Positions 34,011 through 38,592 of a DNA stretch of 38,592 nt are shown piece after piece. Every line of letters starts with the position of its first letter. The first letter of the stretch is position 1. The DNA lies in NCBI GenBank assembly GCA_023245265.1, contig JAHFKQ010000002.1:1-38592 (forward strand), given 5' to 3'. The notes below the pieces were generated by a model. The model saw only the letters and a list, made by a program, of their open reading frames with translations, was not told where the DNA came from and did not search any database. This DNA comes from Candidatus Collierbacteria bacterium. GTDB taxonomy: Bacteria > Patescibacteriota > Microgenomatia > UBA1400 > MFAQ01. A program made the position numbers and the translations under genes.

Positions 34011-35548
34011 GGATAGTTATTAGTTAGACAGTCTTTAGCTTTAGATAGCCGCTTTTCCAAATAAAAGTGTCCTATTTCGGTCGTTTCTACCACTTTGGAA
34101 AATAAGTTCTCTTCTTGGGTGTCGGCGTCAATCAGTCTTCTCGGGATACCACCATATGGCTCTCTCATTAAAAATCTGACGCAAGTACTGCCTTTTTTAG
34201 GCACCGGTAATTCACCCGGAAAACCCAGGGCATTTCCGGTCTCGTAGTAGGGAAGATAATGATACTTTTTCTTCCCATACTGGGTAAAAAGATAGGCCCA
34301 GACTGTTTGAATTTTGTAGGGCATTGTCGTTGCTCTCACGGTAAAACTTCTGGTGCCGGCCCAATCATACATCTCTTCCATAACTTTTATTTCATCTTGT
34401 AAAAGCATAAACTGCTGGGTTTTGATGTCTTCCATTAGCCCTTCTTTGTTGCGAACCAATATCTGGGAAAGATTCCCCCACATGGCCAAGATTATTAGTC
34501 CGGCTGTGATCACTTTATTATGGTCCCAGAGTCGGTCCAAAAAACCCGCGAAGCCAATTATTAGTCCAGTACCAATCCCAACATTGATAAAGTAGGCGTT
34601 GTAGGAACCCAGAACCAAGATCAATATGCCTCCAAAGATCCAGGTCAAAAGTAAACGGTACTCAATTTTTTTTCTGGCCTGAAAAAACCAAAATATTACA
34701 ATTCCCACCGCCATCGGCCATAAATATCGGCTACTCCAGGGCCAAAAATTATCATGCCACATCAAAATCCACCTTTGCAAAAACACTAGCCAGGCCGGGT
34801 CATTCGAAGATCGATAGCCTGTCGTCAGAATCTTCGTCACAATCTCCAAACTTCTAAAGCCATTCTTGAATTCGCCCAGAATATAGGAGGAGAAAATACT
34901 GAGACCGAGTAATATCGCCGTTAATCTAGATTTTAGACTGATCGAGGGAATCTCTTTTTTTAGTAAAAGCAACAAGATGCCGGCCAGAGGGATTAAAGTA
35001 ACCAGAAAAATTTCGAACTGTGCCCCAGAAGCGACCCCTAAAGCCATGAGGGGCAAACCCCAAAACTTGTTTTTAGATTTTAGCAGGATCACTGCACCGC
35101 CAAAAAGGCTAATCCACGACCAAACTGCCAAACTCGGATTGCCGTAATACATCGCATATTGGCTGGACTCAAAAGAGACGGCGAACAAGAGAGCCGCCAA
35201 ATAGGCCGCTCTTTTTCCCAAGAGTTTCTCGGTGATCCAGAAGATGGGTAGGATGGCCAAGGCGTTTAAAAGTCTAAAGATAGCCGCGACGAAGTAGGGG
35301 CTACCACTGCCGAGTAAATACAGGATTCCGGTCAGGTACCAGTGTAGTACCCCATGATTCAAGCCGGTCACCCCATTGGTGGGTGGTCCAATTAGTTTTA
35401 TATCTCCTTGTGTGTAAATTGCTTGAGAAACGAAGGCGTCTCTGGCTTCATCAAATCCAAAGTACACATTTTGGGTAAAGTGGTAGAACCTAGAAAAAAT
35501 CGCTAAAAATATTATCGGAAGCCACCAGTACCACTTTATGTCTTTCAC
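34007..35548 (-). CDS. GT-C polytopic membrane glycosyltransferase, paralog family A member 4
   Basis: GTG start (no alternative in frame). First loop FGFDEARDAFVSQAIYTQGDIKLIGPPTNGVTGLNHGVLHWY. About 12 TM plus a C-terminal soluble domain. Its stop shares TTAA (34007-34010) with the convergent GT2. Confidence 0.6.
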   Translation of the reverse strand: MKDIKWYWWLPIIFLAIFSRFYHFTQNVYFGFDEARDAFVSQAIYTQGDIKLIGPPTNGVTGLNHGVLHWYLTGILYLLGSGSPYFVAAIFRLLNALAILPIFWITEKLLGKRAAYLAALLFAVSFESSQYAMYYGNPSLAVWSWISLFGGAVILLKSKNKFWGLPLMALGVASGAQFEIFLVTLIPLAGILLLLLKKEIPSISLKSRLTAILLGLSIFSSYILGEFKNGFRSLEIVTKILTTGYRSSNDPAWLVFLQRWILMWHDNFWPWSSRYLWPMAVGIVIFWFFQARKKIEYRLLLTWIFGGILILVLGSYNAYFINVGIGTGLIIGFAGFLDRLWDHNKVITAGLIILAMWGNLSQILVRNKEGLMEDIKTQQFMLLQDEIKVMEEMYDWAGTRSFTVRATTMPYKIQTVWAYLFTQYGKKKYHYLPYYETGNALGFPGELPVPKKGSTCVRFLMREPYGGIPRRLIDADTQEENLFSKVVETTEIGHFYLEKRLSKAKDCLTNNYP

Positions 35549-35554
35549 TTTATG

Positions 35555-35563
35555 ATCTTAACA
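35555..35563 (-). promoter_or_regulatory. Extended -10 box TGtTAAGAT (minus strand), 6 nt upstream of GTG 35548
   Basis: The reverse complement of plus 35555-35563 reads TGTTAAGAT. It lies in the 60-nt divergent spacer, which also holds a plus-strand TATAAT at 35580-35585. Confidence 0.35.
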
Positions 35564-35608
35564 AATACCTCAAAATATATATATAATTGGTTTTGACATT
35601 AGTCCAAA

Positions 35609-36790
35609 ATGGAAAAATATTTCAAATGGTTTTTAGGTCTTGGTCTTATCATACGCCTGGTCCTGGCCACCGTCACATATCACTCTGACTTAGGGGCTTT
35701 CGCCCAAGCCGGCCGAGCCATCGTCGGAGAGGGAAAATGGCTGAGTTTTTATGATACGATGCTGACTCCCAAGGTCGACACAGTTTTCAATTATCAGCCT
35801 CTTGCCTATTTAATTCCGGCCTCGTTTTATCTGCCTTTTAAAGGTATCGTCTTAGCTACGGGGGATCTCGTTAAAAATCGAGACTGGGTGTGGTCATCCA
35901 CCTCCTATTTCAATCCGCTTCTGCTTCTTTACAAGTTTCCGATGATGCTGGCGGATCTGGCTTTCCTCTGGCTCTTACCCAAATTTTTTATCGATCAAAA
36001 AAAGAAACAACTGGTGATGCTTTTTTGGTTACTTAATCCAGTGGCCATTTTTGTCAGTTCAATGATGGGGCAGGTTGATATTATTATCGCCTTCTTTATC
36101 ACCGCCGGCTTTTATTTCTATCAAAAAGATCGCCCGTTTTTGTCCGTTTTACTTATCGCCTTATCTGCTCTCATCAAGCCGGCTGGGTTAATCCTTATTC
36201 CCTTGCTGGCCCTTCACTATTTGACCACTCACCGCAAATTTATTCCGGCAGTGTCTTTAGCCTTTACCGGATTTGGTGTTTACGCTTTGGGTATTCTGCC
36301 CTACCTCAGCTCAATCGCTTACCGCCAATACGCTTTATTTGCCGAGCAAATAGGCAAAAGTACCTATGCGGCCATTAGCATCGCTTCCGGACATGACATT
36401 CCTTGGTTCTTTATTGCCTATCTTCTAATCTTGATTTTAGTTTGGCACCGGAAACTTTCTTTTACAACCGCCTCAGCGGCTGCACTTTTGTCCAGTCTGG
36501 CTTTTTCTCATTTTCACCCCCAGTGGTTAGTCTGGATTTTACCTTGGCTTACTATTTTCGTCATCTCGAAAGAAGATTATTTTCTCTACCTAGTTGTAAT
36601 CGCTTGTTGGTTCATTATTCTATTATCATTTGACGCAACTCTTCATCTTCAGCTCTTTATTCATTCAAATCTGACACTTCCTCAAGTCTTAAGGGGGAGC
36701 CCTTCTTTCTTTGAAATTGTCCAGTTAGCCCGGGCCGGTCTGATTGCCACTCTTATTTGGATAATTGGCGGTGTCCATGAAGCCAACTAA
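35609..36790 (+). CDS. GT-C-like polytopic membrane protein (DUF2029/GT87- or ALG6/8-like), tandem paralog 1
   Basis: About 11 TM. Motifs YHSDLGAF, FNYQPLAYLIP, YKFPMMLADLAFLWLL, LLNPVAIFVSSMMGQVDIII, ALIKPAGLILIPLL. Confidence 0.55.
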   Translation: MEKYFKWFLGLGLIIRLVLATVTYHSDLGAFAQAGRAIVGEGKWLSFYDTMLTPKVDTVFNYQPLAYLIPASFYLPFKGIVLATGDLVKNRDWVWSSTSYFNPLLLLYKFPMMLADLAFLWLLPKFFIDQKKKQLVMLFWLLNPVAIFVSSMMGQVDIIIAFFITAGFYFYQKDRPFLSVLLIALSALIKPAGLILIPLLALHYLTTHRKFIPAVSLAFTGFGVYALGILPYLSSIAYRQYALFAEQIGKSTYAAISIASGHDIPWFFIAYLLILILVWHRKLSFTTASAAALLSSLAFSHFHPQWLVWILPWLTIFVISKEDYFLYLVVIACWFIILLSFDATLHLQLFIHSNLTLPQVLRGSPSFFEIVQLARAGLIATLIWIIGGVHEAN

Positions 36791-37916
36791 ATCGTTACTC
36801 TTTTTGCTCTGCCTGGCTTTCTTAGTCAGACTTTGCTTTCTATATCCCCAGTTTTCCGGTGATGTCAAGAATCATTTGGCCTGGGGTAATGGTTTTTTGG
36901 TTTCACCAATTGGTTTTTATGATCAACATTTTCCGGGATTTAATGATCCCAATTATCCTCCGGTGGCAATTTTCTTATTTGCTTTCTCCAATCTTTTTTT
37001 AACCTTCTCCAATAACATCTTAAATTTTTTAAATCATAACTTTGCCATTTTTCCTTCCGTCTTAATTCCTTTATTCAATTCGGAAAACATGCGTATGGGC
37101 TTTTTGAAGTTGCCGGCAATTTTTGCCGATTTGGGTACCGGATGGCTTCTTTATAAAATTATTCGAGCTAGATCGGGCAAATTTCCTCTACTACTGTCTT
37201 CATTGTATCTGTTCAATCCGGCCGTAATTTACATTAGTTCGGTTTGGGGCCAAATTGAGTCTTTGACGATCTTCTTTTTGATTTACTCACTTTATCAAGC
37301 AATTTATGGTGGTCGAAAAAAATTCATTTCCATTGGCCTATTTATTTTGGCGGCTTTAGTCAAGCAAACAGCGCTCTGGTTTTTACCCTTTTTTCTCCTT
37401 TTTTGGCTAAAAGAAATGAAGGTTCGGGAATTTATTCAGGGAGTCTTTCTGGGCTTAGCCACTTTTATTTTGGCTTATCTTCCTTTTGGTTTACTACCTT
37501 GGACAGCACTCAAAATATATTTTTCGTCATTGTCCGGCTCTTCGACCGTCGTGGCCGATGCCGCTTGGAATTTCTGGTCATTCTTTTTTCGAGCCGGTAC
37601 TCCGGATTCGGTTAGTTTGGGATTTTTAACTCTGCGCCAATTTTCTATTTTACTTTTAGCCGCCATTTTACTTATTCTGCTGGTAAAGCTCTATCGCCAC
37701 TTTTCTATGCTCCTTTTTTACAATTATTTATTTATCTGGTCACTGGCCATTTTCTTTTTTCAGACTAGAGTTCACGAAAGGCATCTGGCTTTTTCTTTGG
37801 TTTTTTTATTATTATTACCCCGCCTAAATCTCCGCCTCATACTTCTATATTTTTTATTGACGGGTTTCCATCTGGGCAATCTTTTTTCCAGTCTTAAATT
37901 ACCTTTTTTGAAATGA
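36777..37916 (+). CDS. GT-C-like polytopic membrane protein (DUF2029/GT87- or ALG6/8-like), tandem paralog 2
   Basis: Collinear motifs with the upstream gene: FSGDVKNH, DPNYPPVAIFLF, LKLPAIFADLGTGWLL, LFNPAVIYISSVWGQIESLT, ALVKQTALWFLPFF. ATG 36777 (14-nt overlap) is preferred over the track's TTG 36765. Confidence 0.55.
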   Translation: MKPTKSLLFLLCLAFLVRLCFLYPQFSGDVKNHLAWGNGFLVSPIGFYDQHFPGFNDPNYPPVAIFLFAFSNLFLTFSNNILNFLNHNFAIFPSVLIPLFNSENMRMGFLKLPAIFADLGTGWLLYKIIRARSGKFPLLLSSLYLFNPAVIYISSVWGQIESLTIFFLIYSLYQAIYGGRKKFISIGLFILAALVKQTALWFLPFFLLFWLKEMKVREFIQGVFLGLATFILAYLPFGLLPWTALKIYFSSLSGSSTVVADAAWNFWSFFFRAGTPDSVSLGFLTLRQFSILLLAAILLILLVKLYRHFSMLLFYNYLFIWSLAIFFFQTRVHERHLAFSLVFLLLLPRLNLRLILLYFLLTGFHLGNLFSSLKLPFLK

Positions 37917-38592
37917 CCTACCGGAAGGTTCTTTTGATTCTGATTATTATTCTTTCACTTTTTTTTAAATGTTATCGTTTGACTGATAGATATGGTTTTA
38001 GTTGGGATCAAGAAGATGACGCTTTAAAAACGATGTCTATGGTTTGGAATCGGAAACCGTTACTGATCGGACCCAGAGTGGCCAGTGAAAATGGATTCTT
38101 TGCCGGTCCATTTCATTATTACTTTCTCTTACCCTTTTATTTCCTGGGTCAAGGTAGTCCTTACGCCGGCGTGGCCGCCATGATGACCATCGATATCCTG
38201 ACCGTGATGGCATATTTTCTGGTGGGTCATCGTCTTTATGGAGAAAAGGTTGGTTTTCTGGCCGCCTTCGTGGCCGCGTGCAAAACCGGCCTCACTTCTT
38301 GGAATGCGATGTATATTCCTTTAGTTGCCGTTATTGGATACTATCTTTGTGTAGAACAAATAAAAACCGGGCGTTACTTTTATATTTTGGTCGCCTTTAC
38401 CGGTTTAGCCGCCAACCTTCATCTTGTCCCTGCTTCGCTCATACCCTTAGCTTTGTTAGCCATAATTTTTTCCACCCCTCGACCCTCTCCCCTCAAATTA
38501 TTAAAAGGTTTGGCCATTTTTTCTTTATTCTTTGCCCCGCTCATTCTTTTTGATCTACGCCACCATTTTTTAAATCTTCAAAAATTACTGGA
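37913..38592 (+). CDS. GT-C polytopic membrane glycosyltransferase, paralog family A member 5 (3'-truncated by window end; not in the supplied ORF track)
   Basis: I translated this by hand. ATG 37913 forms an ATGA overlap with the upstream stop. The frame stays open to the last base and reads MTYRKVLLILIIILSLFFKCYRL...FSWDQEDDALKTMSMVWNRKPLLIGPRVASENGFFAGPFHYY...LTSWNAMY... Confidence 0.6.
   Translation, partial: MTYRKVLLILIIILSLFFKCYRLTDRYGFSWDQEDDALKTMSMVWNRKPLLIGPRVASENGFFAGPFHYYFLLPFYFLGQGSPYAGVAAMMTIDILTVMAYFLVGHRLYGEKVGFLAAFVAACKTGLTSWNAMYIPLVAVIGYYLCVEQIKTGRYFYILVAFTGLAANLHLVPASLIPLALLAIIFSTPRPSPLKLLKGLAIFSLFFAPLILFDLRHHFLNLQKLL

Noticed and set aside
35593-35598. A perfect TTGACA hexamer in the divergent spacer, as a possible -35 box.
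   Set aside because: It lies downstream of the plus-strand TATAAT (35580-35585), only 10 nt before ATG 35609. No -10 box sits about 17 bp from it on either strand, so it is not positioned to act as a -35 element for either gene.
1-38592. CRISPR arrays, tRNA/rRNA/ncRNA genes, transposases, integrases, inverted-repeat-bounded mobile elements or phage genes.
   Set aside because: The longest non-coding stretch is 60 nt. No spaced direct repeats are visible. No product resembles a recombinase, transposase or phage protein. With no flanking tRNA or direct repeats, calling the glyco-locus a genomic island is not supported.
1-38592. An alternative genetic code (UGA read as Gly or Trp, as in some CPR lineages).
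   Set aside because: TGA terminates family-typical full-length proteins at five ATGA coupling junctions (2158, 12623, 14101, 33186, 37913). Well-conserved proteins (RmlB, TrmD, Orn) contain no in-frame TGA. The standard code 11 fits.

Overview
The window is almost entirely coding. By hand count only about 400 nt (~1%) is intergenic. It uses the standard code, with TGA as stop at five ATGA start/stop overlaps. I found no rRNA, tRNA, CRISPR array, transposase or integrase. The style (tiny intergenic gaps, no Shine-Dalgarno motifs, many anchored envelope proteins, many GT-C membrane proteins) suggests a streamlined Patescibacteria/CPR-like (Microgenomates-like) genome; this is inference only.

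Layout:
- 1-2409: a 5'-truncated surface protein with a tandem domain duplication, a membrane-anchored CAP/SCP protein and a small membrane protein.
- 2432-5657: a complete dTDP-L-rhamnose pathway in the order rmlA-rmlB-rmlC-rmlD.
- 5680-8657: a tightly coupled five-gene envelope operon that includes a SurA-N/PrsA-like chaperone and a membrane-anchored SagB-type nitroreductase.
- 8661-9290 (minus strand): trmD.
- 9342-9593: an 83-aa protein with 20 cysteines, metallothionein-like.
- 9596 to the window end (~29 kb): an unusually dense glycan-assembly locus. It holds 12 polytopic GT-C-like membrane proteins (~18.8 kb), 3 Dpm1/GtrB-like polyprenyl-phosphate-sugar synthases (one fused to GtrA), 5 other GT2 enzymes, 1 GT4, a Wzx-like flippase and an embedded oligoribonuclease.

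The best candidate for a new system is this locus. I read it as an extracytoplasmic, polyprenyl-phosphate-sugar-driven assembly line for a probably rhamnose-containing surface glycan or glycoprotein. It includes a five-member paralogous GT-C family with a shared first-loop signature.

A second pervasive signal is TATAAT-like -10 boxes 6-9 nt upstream of 14 start codons, which implies leaderless transcription units. One of them is a 10-nt palindrome that appears to serve two divergent genes.

All family assignments come from motif recognition by eye. No searches were run.
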